Under the pieces are notes generated by a model. The model worked only from the letters and a program-made list of their open reading frames with translations. It did no database searches and was not told the DNA's origin. From assembly GCA_041653055.1 (NCBI GenBank), contig JBAZGD010000004.1, positions 1 through 60,685 on the forward strand: a stretch of DNA of 60,685 nt. Direction: 5' to 3'. Shown piece after piece: positions 17,356-27,182 of the stretch (positions within the stretch are counted from its first letter, which is position 1; every line of letters begins with the position of its first letter). A program made the translations under genes and the position numbers. This DNA comes from Candidatus Omnitrophota bacterium. Lineage in GTDB: Bacteria > Omnitrophota > Gorgyraeia > Gygaellales > Profunditerraquicolaceae.

Positions 17356-17812
17356 CGAAAGAGTAAAAGAATACGCTTTCCTGCTGCTTAAGTACAGGTT
17401 ACGCAGCGAAGCTGAGCTCTACCGGCGCCTTAAGCAAAAGAAATTTCTGGATGAAGAGATTAAAGAGGCGCTCCTTTTTCTTAAGGAGAAGAAATTTATA
17501 GATGATAAGGTATTTGTGAAGGCCTGGATAAGTTCCCGTCTTGGCCGTTCTTTCGGCTTAAAGAGGATTAGCCGGGAGTTAAAGATAAAAGGTGTCCCCA
17601 GGGATGTTTTGGAAGAGGGGATTGAGCAGGCAAAAAAGGGTTATTGCGAAAGCAGGATAATAGAGGAGTTGGCAAGGGATAGGCTGGCCAGGATTAAGGA
17701 TGTTGGATTGCCCAAAGCAAGAAACCGCACTTATGCCTACCTGCTTCGCCGCGGATTCTCACCTGAAGTGGTTATGGATACCTTGAATAAAATATGCAAG
17801 CAGATGTTTTAA
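17348..17812 (+). CDS. recX: Regulatory protein RecX
   Basis: Overlaps the recA stop. LL-x-YR-x-RSEAEL, FIDD-x-x-F, G-x-x-RI-x-x-EL-x-x-KG, YLLRRGF motifs. TTG start. Confidence 0.9.
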   Translation: MPNERVKEYAFLLLKYRLRSEAELYRRLKQKKFLDEEIKEALLFLKEKKFIDDKVFVKAWISSRLGRSFGLKRISRELKIKGVPRDVLEEGIEQAKKGYCESRIIEELARDRLARIKDVGLPKARNRTYAYLLRRGFSPEVVMDTLNKICKQMF

Positions 17813-20403
17813 GAGAGAAATTCCTGGAATTTTTTAAATCCAAGGGCCATAAGATAGTTGAAAGCGATTCGCTTGTGCCTAAAGATGACCCTACTGTTTT
17901 ATTTACCCCGGCGGGTATGAACCAGTTCAAAAGGGAATTCTTGGGTTTTGATGCTGGTTTTAAGCGCGCCGCTACATCGCAGCGTTGTCTGCGTACCGAT
18001 GACCTGGATAAGGTCGGCAAGACCAGCAGCCACCATACATTCTTTGAGATGCTGGGAAATTTCTCTTTTGGGGATTATTTTAAGCAGGAGGCAATCTCCT
18101 GGGCATGGGAATTTTTGACCGGGGAGTTAAAGATAAAAGAAGAAAAGCTCTGGGTTTCGGTTTACAAAGATGATGATGAGGCATATAAAATCTGGAAAGA
18201 TTCCATAGGCCTTCCTGAAGGGAGGATCGTTAAGCTTGGAGATAAAGATAACTTTTGGCCTGCGGAGGCAAAGACGAAAGGCCCTAACGGCCCGTGCGGG
18301 CCATGTTCAGAGATCTTTTATGATTTTGGCCAGGGGCTGGGCTGCGCTAAAGAGGTATGCAACCCTTCATGCGGCTGCGGAAGGTTTGTAGAGATCTGGA
18401 ACCTGGTTTTTACCCAGTTTAACCGCAAGGAAGGCGGGGCGCTTGAGCCCTTGCCGAATAAGAATATTGATACCGGGATGGGCCTGGAGAGGTTATCTGC
18501 GGTTATGGAGGGCAAGCAGAATAATTTTGAAACGGATTTATTCCGGCCGATTATAAATGAGATAATGCGGCAAGAAAGGGAGCCTTCCCCGAAAGGGGCT
18601 GCCTTTGAATTAAGTTGCTGCTGCGCTATAGCCGACCATATAAGGGCGGTAACATTTTCTATTTATGACGGGATTATGCCTTCCAATGAGGGCAGGGGCT
18701 ATGTGGTAAGAAAAATTATCCGCAAGAGCATCCTGCATTTAAGGGCCCTTGGAATAAATAAGCCTTTTTTAAATAAGCTAACTTTTGTAGTGGCGGAGGT
18801 TATGCAAAAGCCTTATCCGGATTTAAAGGATAAGCAGGAGGCGGTAGCTTTGGTGGTTTTAAATGAGGAGAACAATTTTATCAATACCCTGAGTTCAACC
18901 GCGTTACTTTTTAAGGAAAAATTTTCCGGGCTGATAAAAAATGAGGATAAGGTTAAGGCAGGGAGGATTGCCTTTGAGCTTTATGATACCTACGGTATAC
19001 CTCTTGATCTGACCCGGGAGTGGCTTTTGGCAGAGGGGATCAGTTTCAGCGAAGAGGCCTTTAATGAAGAGCTTAACCTTCAGAAAGAAAGGTCGCGGGC
19101 GAAAAGCGCAATGAAGGGCGATGTTTTTGACGCTAAAGGCCTGGGGTTAAAATTGAAAGAGACTAAATTCCTCGGCTATAAAGAATACTGCGCTGAGGCA
19201 AGGATAGAGGCAGTGCTGAATAAGGGCAAAGAGGTTGAGGAGGGGTTTGCCGGAGAAAAGCTGGAAATCATACTTGATCAAAGCTGTTTTTACCCTGAGT
19301 CCGCAGGCCAGGTGGGCGATACCGGTGAATTGGTAAGCGGAGAGAGCATATTTGAAGTTATGGATACCCAAAAAATTGATAACCTTATTTTGCATATCGG
19401 CAGGGTAAAATCCGGAAGTTTTAAAAAAGGCGCAACCTTAACCGCTAAAATTAACGCCAAGCGCAGGCTTGGTATTTCCCGTAATCATACCGCGACCCAT
19501 ATATTGCAGGCTGCCTTAAGAAAGGTTTTGGGGCCGCACGTCCAGCAGCAGGGTTCTTTAGTCTGCGAGGAGAAGTTCCGTTTTGATTTTACGCATTTTA
19601 AGGGTTTAAGCAGGGAAGAGCTGAAGATGGTTGAAGATATCGCGAATGAATATGCCTGCGGCAGGCACCGCGTAGAGGTAAAGGAGATGTGCCTGAAGGA
19701 TGCCAGGAAGACTAAGGCCTTAGCTTTCTTCGGAGAAAAATACGGGGAGAATGTGCGGGTAGTTTCCGTAGGCGATATCTCAATGGAGTTTTGCGGCGGC
19801 GCTCACCTTGAGAATACGGAAGAGATCGGATTAATAAAGATCACCCAGGAAGGTTCTGTTGCCAGCGGAATAAGAAGGATTGAGGGGGTAACCGCTGGCT
19901 ATGCCGAAAGATTTATGGAAGAAGAAAGGCTTAGGGTTGAGCAGGAGGATAAAAAGAAGAAGGAACTGGCCTTGCTTAAGGAAAAGGAAAAAGAAGAAGG
20001 GGCTAAGATTAATAAAACCCTGCAGGAATTAGCCCCTAAAATTGCGAATAAGCTTAATAGGATCAATGATATTGATTTGATCGCCTGGCAAGGAGAGGGC
20101 CTAGATATGAGTTCCCTGCGCAGGCTTATGGATTTGGTCAAGGAGAAGGCAGGGCTATCCGTGATTGTCTTGGGCTCTAAGGCAAAGGAGAAGGCCTTTT
20201 TGGTGATCGGGGTTACCGGGGATTTGATTTCCCGGGGGATTGATGCCTTATCCTTGATAAAGCAGGTTGCCCCTATTATAGGCGGAAGCGGCGGAGGCAG
20301 AAAAGATTTTGCCCAGGCAGGAGGAGGCAAGCCGGAAAATTTTACATTGGCTTTTGAGGAATTAAAAGGTATAATTAAAGATCTAAGGCGAGAGGATAAA
20401 TGA
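17794..20403 (+). CDS. alaS: Alanine--tRNA ligase
   Basis: LFTPAGMNQFK, HHTFFEMLGNFSFGDYFK, DTGMGLER, editing motifs HTATH and CGGAH, C-Ala GGGR-x-x-FAQAGG. Confidence 0.98.
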   Translation: MQADVLREKFLEFFKSKGHKIVESDSLVPKDDPTVLFTPAGMNQFKREFLGFDAGFKRAATSQRCLRTDDLDKVGKTSSHHTFFEMLGNFSFGDYFKQEAISWAWEFLTGELKIKEEKLWVSVYKDDDEAYKIWKDSIGLPEGRIVKLGDKDNFWPAEAKTKGPNGPCGPCSEIFYDFGQGLGCAKEVCNPSCGCGRFVEIWNLVFTQFNRKEGGALEPLPNKNIDTGMGLERLSAVMEGKQNNFETDLFRPIINEIMRQEREPSPKGAAFELSCCCAIADHIRAVTFSIYDGIMPSNEGRGYVVRKIIRKSILHLRALGINKPFLNKLTFVVAEVMQKPYPDLKDKQEAVALVVLNEENNFINTLSSTALLFKEKFSGLIKNEDKVKAGRIAFELYDTYGIPLDLTREWLLAEGISFSEEAFNEELNLQKERSRAKSAMKGDVFDAKGLGLKLKETKFLGYKEYCAEARIEAVLNKGKEVEEGFAGEKLEIILDQSCFYPESAGQVGDTGELVSGESIFEVMDTQKIDNLILHIGRVKSGSFKKGATLTAKINAKRRLGISRNHTATHILQAALRKVLGPHVQQQGSLVCEEKFRFDFTHFKGLSREELKMVEDIANEYACGRHRVEVKEMCLKDARKTKALAFFGEKYGENVRVVSVGDISMEFCGGAHLENTEEIGLIKITQEGSVASGIRRIEGVTAGYAERFMEEERLRVEQEDKKKKELALLKEKEKEEGAKINKTLQELAPKIANKLNRINDIDLIAWQGEGLDMSSLRRLMDLVKEKAGLSVIVLGSKAKEKAFLVIGVTGDLISRGIDALSLIKQVAPIIGGSGGGRKDFAQAGGGKPENFTLAFEELKGIIKDLRREDK

Positions 20404-21621
20404 AGATTATAAGGGCAACCAGCAAACAATTAGATAAAATCTGTAACCGTTCAAACCTCAGGAAGGGGCGCGTTGAGGAGAAGGTTAGAAGGATTATTGA
20501 TGATGTCAGGCTTATGGGGGATGAGGCCTTATTGAAGTATACCCGTAAATTTGACAGGGTTAAGCTATTGCCTCGCCAGTTAAAGGTTTCGGCTATCGAG
20601 ATAAGCGGGGCATACCAGAACATATCGCCGAATTTTGTCTCCAGCCTTAAAGTGGTGATAGAGAATGTAAATCGTTTCTACCGCAAGGCATTAAAGAAAT
20701 CCTGGAGGATTAAAGATTCTGACGGGGCAGTGGTAGGAGAGAATTATACCCCGCTTGAGAGGGTGGGGATATATATCTGCCGGGACAGCGCCTTTGGTCT
20801 CTACCGTATATATGACTGTTTTACCGGCAAAGATTGCCGGGGTTAAGAATATAGCGCTTATTTCTCCGCCGGATAAGAATGGTTTTATAAATCCGCATAT
20901 ATTGGTGATGGCAAATTTATTAAAAGTTGACGAGATCTACAGGGTTGGAGGCGCCCAGGGGATTGCCGCCCTGGCCTATGGCACCAAAACTATTTTGGCA
21001 GTTGATAAAATTGTGGGGCCGGGAAATATTTATGTCAGCGAGGCTAAAAGGCAGGTCTTCGGCCAGGTGGATATCGATATGATCGCAGGCCCCACTGAGC
21101 TGGTTATTATTGCCAATCGTTTGAGCAACCCTAAATTTATTGTCGCGGATTTAGCTGCCCAGGCAGAGCACGCCAAGGGTTTGGCCGTGCTTATCACTAA
21201 TTCCAAGGGCCTGGCTAAAGAGGTAAAATCCAGGCTTGAGGGAGCGGACGGTTTTATCATATTGGTTAAGAATTTGGATGAGGCTGTTGAGATCAGCAAT
21301 AAGATTGCCCCTGAGCATTTGGAGATTCTGGTAAACAACCCTAACCGTATTTTAAAAGGGATAAAGAATGCCGGCGCGGTATTCTTGGGGCCTTTCAGCC
21401 CCACTGCCGTAGGCGACTATGTCGCCGGGCCAAGCCATGTCCTGCCTACGGGCGGATCGGCGAGGTTTTTCTCCGGTTTATCGGTATCGGACTTTTTAAA
21501 GAGCAGCCACATTATAAGTTATTCCAGGAAGGCGCTTGAGAAGATGAAGGACCCGCTGGAGAAAATTGCTTCAATAGAGGGCCTGGCCAGGCATTTGGAT
21601 TCGGTTAAGGTAAGATTCTAA
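20400..21621 (+). pseudogene. hisD: Histidinol dehydrogenase split by a frameshift near 20777 (true pseudogene or sequence error)
   Basis: N-part in the 20400 frame (GDEALLKYTRKFD...ERVGIYI) continues in the 20755 frame (AGTAPLVST...DMIAGPTE...QAEH...APEHL...GDYVAGPSHVLPTGG). Restoring 2 nt gives about 407 aa. Confidence 0.9.
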
Positions 21622-21633
21622 GAGAGGATTAAG

Positions 21634-22239
21634 ATGAAAAACAGAGTTGCCGATATAAAAAGAAAAACCAGGGAAACGGATATTTCAATAAAGTTAAATA
21701 TTGACGGTTCGGGTAAGTCTAAGATTAAAACCGGCATCGGGATCTTGGATCATATGCTGGAATTATTCGCTTTTCACGGCCTTATGGATTTAGAGATAAA
21801 TGCCAAAGGCGATTTAAGGGTAGATATTCATCATACTAATGAGGATATAGGGATTGTTTTAGGGCAGGCTATTAAGAAGGCGCTGGGAGATAAGAAAGGG
21901 ATTAAGAGGTTTGGCTCTTCTTCTGTCCCGATGGAAGAGGTGGTTGCCAGCGTGGTGATTGATATAAGCGGAAGGCCTACATATACCTTTGTCTGCGATA
22001 GGCCGGATTCAGTGATAAAGGCCTCTGATGGTTACGCCTTAAAAGATGCCGGGCATTTTTTTGAGGGACTGGCAAAACAACTGGGGATGAATATTAATGT
22101 AAAGGTAAGCCCGGTAAGCAGCGATTTGCATACTACCCTTGAGCCTGTCTTTAAGGCCTTAGGCATAGCCCTGGATCAGGCTACCCAGGTTGACCCCAGA
22201 AGAAAGGGCGTGCCTTCCACAAAAGGGATAATTGATTAA
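21634..22239 (+). CDS. hisB: Imidazoleglycerol-phosphate dehydratase (second metal motif degenerate)
   Basis: RKTRETDI, DHML, HHTNED, SGRP, PSTKG. The second HHxxE motif reads HTTLE. Confidence 0.92.
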   Translation: MKNRVADIKRKTRETDISIKLNIDGSGKSKIKTGIGILDHMLELFAFHGLMDLEINAKGDLRVDIHHTNEDIGIVLGQAIKKALGDKKGIKRFGSSSVPMEEVVASVVIDISGRPTYTFVCDRPDSVIKASDGYALKDAGHFFEGLAKQLGMNINVKVSPVSSDLHTTLEPVFKALGIALDQATQVDPRRKGVPSTKGIID

Positions 22240-22242
22240 CCT

Positions 22243-22854
22243 ATGATTGCCCTTATAGATTACGGTATGGGTAATATTCATAGCGTTAAAAAGGCGCTTG
22301 AGGTTTGCGGCGCTAAGGTATCGGTTACCAATAACCCTAAAGATATCTCCGCATCCGAAAAGGTAGTCCTGCCCGGGGTGGGCGCGTTTGATGAGGCTAT
22401 GTGCCAACTGCGGGAGCAGGGGCTGGTTTCGGTTATTAAGGACGGGATAAAGAATAAAAAACCCTTTTTGGGCATTTGCCTCGGGATGCAGCTTTTATTT
22501 GAAGAAAGCGAAGAGGCAAAAAATAAAAAAGGTTTAGGCGTATTAAGGGGAAAGGTGAGAAGGTTTCCTTCCGGAGATCTTAAGGTTCCGCATATGGGAT
22601 GGAACCAGATAAAAAGCAGCGGCGGGGATAGGTCTGTTTTGCTGGAGGGAGTTGAAGAAGGGCCTTATTTGTATTTTTGCCATTCTTATTACCCGCAGCC
22701 TAAAGATAAGGCTATTATTGCCGCGACTACTGAATACGGCTTGAATTTTGCCAGTTTTGTCCAATGGGATAATGTGTTCGGGGTGCAGTTTCATCCTGAG
22801 AAGAGCCAGGAGGCCGGCTTAAAGATTATAGGAAATTTTGCAAGGTTATGCTGA
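22243..22854 (+). CDS. hisH: Imidazole glycerol phosphate synthase glutaminase subunit
   Basis: DYGMGN, LPGVG, GICLGMQ, PHMGWN, QFHPEKS. Confidence 0.97.
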   Translation: MIALIDYGMGNIHSVKKALEVCGAKVSVTNNPKDISASEKVVLPGVGAFDEAMCQLREQGLVSVIKDGIKNKKPFLGICLGMQLLFEESEEAKNKKGLGVLRGKVRRFPSGDLKVPHMGWNQIKSSGGDRSVLLEGVEEGPYLYFCHSYYPQPKDKAIIAATTEYGLNFASFVQWDNVFGVQFHPEKSQEAGLKIIGNFARLC

Positions 22855-23567
22855 TAATCCCTGCTATAGATTTGAAAGACGGGGCTGTGGTCAGGCTGGT
22901 CCAGGGCAAGTTTAACAAAAAAGTCTACTCCAGGGATCCGGTTAAGGTCGCCCGGCATTGGGTAAGGCAGGGGGCGAAATTTCTGCACCTTGTTGATTTA
23001 GACGGCGCATTCAGCGGCAGGCCTAAAAATCTTAATTTGGTTAAGGATATCGTAAAAGCCATTTCAGTGCCTGTGGAATTCGGCGGGGGGATAAGGAGCC
23101 TGTCAGCAATTAAGAGCGTGCTTGGTTCAGGGGTAGCCAGGGTCGTCCTCGGGACTAAGGCGGTGGAAGATGAAGTTTTTCTGAGGAAGGCGCTGTCAAC
23201 TTTTAAGGAAAAGATTATTGTGGCGGTGGATGTCAAAGAAGGCAAGGTTATGGTTAAGGGCTGGAAGGCAGGTTATAAAAATAGGGATGCGCTTAAATTC
23301 TGCTTGTCTTTAAAAAAGTTAGGGTTTAAGGAACTGATTTATACCGATACCTTAAAAGACGGGACCTTGAGCGGCCCCAATATAAAAGAGATGAAGAGGG
23401 TGTTGAAGGCTACCGGGATCAAGGTGGTTGCTTCAGGGGGGATATCCAGATTGGGGGATTTGGATAAATTAAAAAGTTTGGAGAGAGAAGGCCTAAGCGC
23501 TGTGATTATCGGCAAGGCTTTATATGAGGGGAAGTTTACCCTGCCGCAGGCTTTGAAGTTCTCTTAA
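22848..23567 (+). CDS. hisA: ProFAR isomerase
   Basis: IPAIDLKDG-x-VVRL-x-QG, HLVDLDGA, GGGIRS, ASGG. Confidence 0.97.
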   Translation: MLIIPAIDLKDGAVVRLVQGKFNKKVYSRDPVKVARHWVRQGAKFLHLVDLDGAFSGRPKNLNLVKDIVKAISVPVEFGGGIRSLSAIKSVLGSGVARVVLGTKAVEDEVFLRKALSTFKEKIIVAVDVKEGKVMVKGWKAGYKNRDALKFCLSLKKLGFKELIYTDTLKDGTLSGPNIKEMKRVLKATGIKVVASGGISRLGDLDKLKSLEREGLSAVIIGKALYEGKFTLPQALKFS

Positions 23568-23588
23568 GAAAAAGAAGGAGGGGGTGAG

Positions 23589-24029
23589 ATGCTGCAAAAA
23601 ATGTTCTTGGGTATAATCGCGGTTGTAATTTTAATTTCCACAAGCGGATGCGCTACTTTGGGTAAAAAGAAAGACCTGGAGATTCAGGGTTTAAAGGGGC
23701 AGATCTCAGCTTTAGAGGGTAGCCTGGAGAGCAAGGATCAGGAGATAGCTAATCTTAGGGATGATTTGGACAGGGCGATGCAGGAGAGGATAACTCCCGT
23801 AAAGGAGGCTGTCAGCATAGAGTCAAAGTCTCGTCCGAGCGTAAAACAGATTCAGGCCGCCTTAAGGAATGCCGGTTATAATCCCGGAAAGATAGACGGC
23901 CGCATGGGAGGCCAGACGCGTGAGGCAATTAAGTCTTTCCAGAGAGCCAATAATATCAGTGTTGACGGCAAGGTCGGCAAGAAAACCTGGGAACTCTTAA
24001 GGGTATACCTGGATAAAAAGGTAAAATAA
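23589..24029 (+). CDS. Lipoprotein with coiled coil and C-terminal peptidoglycan-binding (PG_binding_1) domain
   Basis: Signal peptide with lipobox TSGC; IQAALRNAGYNPGKIDG-x-x-G-x-x-T-x-x-AI-x-x-FQ...VDG-x-VG-x-x-TW. Confidence 0.88.
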   Translation: MLQKMFLGIIAVVILISTSGCATLGKKKDLEIQGLKGQISALEGSLESKDQEIANLRDDLDRAMQERITPVKEAVSIESKSRPSVKQIQAALRNAGYNPGKIDGRMGGQTREAIKSFQRANNISVDGKVGKKTWELLRVYLDKKVK

Positions 24030-24788
24030 ATGCTTGCCAAACGTATCATCCCCTGCCTTGATATAAAAGAGGGCAGGGTGGTAAAGGGCGTAAAATTTCT
24101 AGGCCTTAAGGATGCCGGCGATCCTGTTGAGGTGGCCAGGATTTACGATAAGCAACAGGCGGATGAACTGGTTTTTCTTGATATTACGGCCAGCTTTGAG
24201 AAGCGCAAGACCCTTGTTGGTTTAGTGGAGCGAATTGCCGGCAATATTTTTACGCCTTTTACTGTCGGCGGCGGGATAGGTGATCTGGAAGATATACGCA
24301 GCCTTCTGAATGCCGGAGCGGAAAAAGTATCCCTAAATACGCAGGCGGTCAAGTTTCCGGAGCTAATCCTGGATGCCTCCAGGAAATTCGGCAGCCAGTG
24401 CGTCGTGCTGGCTATTGACGCCAAGAAGGCTTCATCCGGGAACTGGGAAGTTTATATAAACGGAGGCCGCACCCCTACCGGAGAGGACGCGCTGGAATGG
24501 GCAAAAAGAGGGGCAGGCCTGGGCGCCGGAGAGATACTTTTAACCAGTATGGATTATGACGGTACAAAGGATGGTTATGATCTGGAGCTTACCGATGCAA
24601 TCTCCAAAGCGGTGAATGTCCCGGTTATTGCCTCGGGCGGAGCGGGTAAGCTTGAGGATTTTTTCAATTGTTTTTCCAAGACCGGGGCTGATGCCGCCTT
24701 GGCGGCTTCTATTTTTCATTATGGCGAATATTCCGTAGCTGAAGTTAAAAGTTATTTAAAGGAGAAAGGTATAGCGGTAAGATTATGA
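24030..24788 (+). CDS. hisF: Imidazole glycerol phosphate synthase cyclase subunit
   Basis: [46 protein letters not shown]. Confidence 0.97.
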   Translation: MLAKRIIPCLDIKEGRVVKGVKFLGLKDAGDPVEVARIYDKQQADELVFLDITASFEKRKTLVGLVERIAGNIFTPFTVGGGIGDLEDIRSLLNAGAEKVSLNTQAVKFPELILDASRKFGSQCVVLAIDAKKASSGNWEVYINGGRTPTGEDALEWAKRGAGLGAGEILLTSMDYDGTKDGYDLELTDAISKAVNVPVIASGGAGKLEDFFNCFSKTGADAALAASIFHYGEYSVAEVKSYLKEKGIAVRL

Positions 24789-25120
24789 AAGAAAAGTGCA
24801 AATTCAGGATAGGATCGTTGAAGTTTGACAAGAAGGGTTTAATCCCGGCTATAATACAGGATTATAAAAGTAAAGAAGTGCTTATGGTGGCATATATGAA
24901 TAAGGAGTCTTTGCGCCGGACCCTTAAGCTGGGGAAGACCTGCTTCTGGTCGCGTTCGCGTAAAGAGTACTGGGTCAAGGGGATGACCTCGGGGCATTTC
25001 CAGTTTGTTAAGTCTTTATTTTATGATTGCGATATGGACGCGCTTTTAATCCAGGTAAGGCAGGTGGGGGTTGCCTGCCACACCGGTATGCGCACATGTT
25101 TTTACAGGAGAATTAAATAA
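24785..25120 (+). CDS. hisI: Phosphoribosyl-AMP cyclohydrolase (no HisE fusion)
   Basis: [15 protein letters not shown]-x-TSG, DCD-x-D, ACHTG-x-x-TCF. Confidence 0.96.
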   Translation: MKEKCKFRIGSLKFDKKGLIPAIIQDYKSKEVLMVAYMNKESLRRTLKLGKTCFWSRSRKEYWVKGMTSGHFQFVKSLFYDCDMDALLIQVRQVGVACHTGMRTCFYRRIK

Positions 25121-25127
25121 ACATAAA

Positions 25128-26612
25128 ATGTATAGCCTGGATTTAAAGGAATTCCTGAAATTAAGCAAAAAGAGCAATGTTATCCCGATTTATAAGGAGA
25201 TAAATGCCGACCTGGATACTCCGGTCTCTGCCTTCCTTAAGATAAAAATGAGCGATTATGCGTTCTTGCTTGAATCGGTAGAGGGCCAGGAAAAGCTTGC
25301 CCGGTATTCTTTTATGGGGGTATCCCCGAGTTTAATATTTAAGTCTAAGGGCGGGGAGATTGAGATAGACTATGTGCAGGAGAAGAGGCGTCAAAGGTTT
25401 ACAACGGCGCTTTCCCCGTTAGATGAGGTTAAGAAAATTATGCGCCAGTTTAAGTGCGCGCGTATCAAGGGGCTTGCGCGTTTCTGCGGAGGGATGGTGG
25501 GGTTTATCGGATATGATATGGTCAGGTTTTTTGAGGATATACCGGACAGGAATGAGGATGAGCTTGGGCTTGAGGATACTATCCTTATGCTTATGGACAC
25601 GATTTTGGTTTTTGACCATGTAAAACATACCATCAAGATTGTAAGCAATGCTATTATTCCGGGAGAAGGCCTTCTTTCGTTGCCGGCGAAAGAAAAGATA
25701 TACCGGGATTGCTTAAGAAAGATTGAGCGAATTTTTGCGCGTTTATCACTATCTTATAAAGAAAAGAAAGCCTCTCGGTCCCCAGCGGCCAGTAAGCCTT
25801 CTTCAAACTTCACAAAAGGCGAGTTTAAGAAGATCGTCAGCTGCGCCAGGGAGTATGTCAAGAACGGGGATATTATACAGGTGGTTTTGTCGCAGCGGTT
25901 TAAGATCAGGACCTCCAGGGACCCCTTTGCTATTTATCGTACCTTGCGCAGCCTTAATCCGTCCCCGTATATGTATTTCTTAAAATTTAAAGATTTAACT
26001 ATCGTAGGCGCTTCTCCGGAAATGCTAATCCGTTGTGAGGATGGTTTAATCCAGACCAGGCCTATTGCCGGTACGCGCCCAAGAGGCAGGGACAAGGCTG
26101 AAGATGCCCGCCTGGCTAATGAGTTGATTAAGGACAAGAAAGAGCGCGCTGAGCACCTTATGCTTGTAGATTTGGGGAGGAATGATTTGGGGAGGGTCTG
26201 TAAAATTGGCACGGTGTCTTTAAGTGAGTTTATGAATATCGAAAAATACTCGCATGTCATGCACCTTGTAAGCGAGGTGAAGGGAATACTTGACAATCGG
26301 CGTTATGATATTTATGATGTTTTAAAAGCAGCTTTCCCCGCGGGCACGGTTTCCGGCAGCCCCAAGGTGGCGGCGATGAAGATAATCGATGAATTGGAGA
26401 ATACCAGGCGCGGGCCTTATGCCGGATGCGTCGGTTATTTTAGTTTCTTGCACAATTTGGATACCTGTATTACTATAAGGACCATAGTGATTAAGGGGGA
26501 TAAGGCCTATGTGCAGGCCGGGGCAGGAATCGTAGCGGATTCTATTCCCGATAGGGAGTATATTGAAACAGTGAATAAGGCCAGGGCTTTAATAGAGGCA
26601 ATTACCAACTAA
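25128..26612 (+). CDS. trpE: Anthranilate synthase component I
   Basis: FLLES, ARYSF, NPSPYM, PIAGT, KERAEHLMLVDLGRND, AGAGIVADS. Start moved to ATG 25128, just after hisI. Confidence 0.9.
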   Translation: MYSLDLKEFLKLSKKSNVIPIYKEINADLDTPVSAFLKIKMSDYAFLLESVEGQEKLARYSFMGVSPSLIFKSKGGEIEIDYVQEKRRQRFTTALSPLDEVKKIMRQFKCARIKGLARFCGGMVGFIGYDMVRFFEDIPDRNEDELGLEDTILMLMDTILVFDHVKHTIKIVSNAIIPGEGLLSLPAKEKIYRDCLRKIERIFARLSLSYKEKKASRSPAASKPSSNFTKGEFKKIVSCAREYVKNGDIIQVVLSQRFKIRTSRDPFAIYRTLRSLNPSPYMYFLKFKDLTIVGASPEMLIRCEDGLIQTRPIAGTRPRGRDKAEDARLANELIKDKKERAEHLMLVDLGRNDLGRVCKIGTVSLSEFMNIEKYSHVMHLVSEVKGILDNRRYDIYDVLKAAFPAGTVSGSPKVAAMKIIDELENTRRGPYAGCVGYFSFLHNLDTCITIRTIVIKGDKAYVQAGAGIVADSIPDREYIETVNKARALIEAITN

Positions 26613-26626
26613 TAAGGAGGCAATCA

Positions 26627-26875
26627 ATGGCAGTCCGCATAAGGTTAAGAAGAATAGGCAAGAATCCTAAGGGTAAGCCGTATTTCAGGGTTTCGGTTAT
26701 GGATGAGAGAAAGGGCAGGGACGCCCGGGCATTAGAGGAGGTGGGATTTTATAACCCTTTAACCGGAGAATCAAAGCTAAAGAAGGACAAGATAGACGCG
26801 TGGATTAAGAAAGGCGCTCAGCCTTCGGTTACGGTTAAGAGCCTCATCAAAAAGATTTCTAAAAAAGGAGAATAA
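26627..26875 (+). CDS. rpsP: 30S ribosomal protein S16
   Basis: MAVRIRLRRIG...RDARALEEVGFYNP...W-x-x-KGAQPS-x-TV. Confidence 0.96.
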   Translation: MAVRIRLRRIGKNPKGKPYFRVSVMDERKGRDARALEEVGFYNPLTGESKLKKDKIDAWIKKGAQPSVTVKSLIKKISKKGE

Positions 26876-26877
26876 AA

Positions 26878-27150
26878 ATGCAGCCACAAGCACCTAATCC
26901 GATATTAAACTTGCTGCCCTTAGCGCTCATTTTTGTGATTTTTTACTTTATGCTGATAAGGCCGCAGAAACAGAAAGAGAAAGAACACCAGAAGATGCTA
27001 AGCAATATGGCCAAGAATGATGAGGTAGTAACGGCCAGCGGAATCCACGGCACAATTATCAATGTTAAGGATAAGACGGTTATCTTAAGGATAGATGAGA
27101 ACGTAAAAATCGAGCTTGAGAAAAACTGCATAGCGTTCATCAAGAAATAG
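26878..27150 (+). CDS. yajC: Preprotein translocase subunit YajC
   Basis: FYFMLIRPQKQK...DEVVTASGIHG; directly upstream of secDF. Confidence 0.96.
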   Translation: MQPQAPNPILNLLPLALIFVIFYFMLIRPQKQKEKEHQKMLSNMAKNDEVVTASGIHGTIINVKDKTVILRIDENVKIELEKNCIAFIKK

Positions 27151-27182
27151 GTTTATCGCAACCCCTTTAGGAGGCATTTTTA

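Noticed and set aside
20770-20780. Programmed ribosomal frameshift in hisD
   Set aside because: There is no X XXY YYZ slippery heptamer or known +1 site. A +1 shift would drop the conserved Pro of GxYxPxG, and I know of no precedent in hisD.
25071-25127. ORF-track starts for trpE (25071), rsmA (33088), pgsA (52740) and the orphan (53991)
   Set aside because: Each adds a non-homologous extension overlapping the previous gene or a promoter; downstream ATGs fit the family N-termini better.
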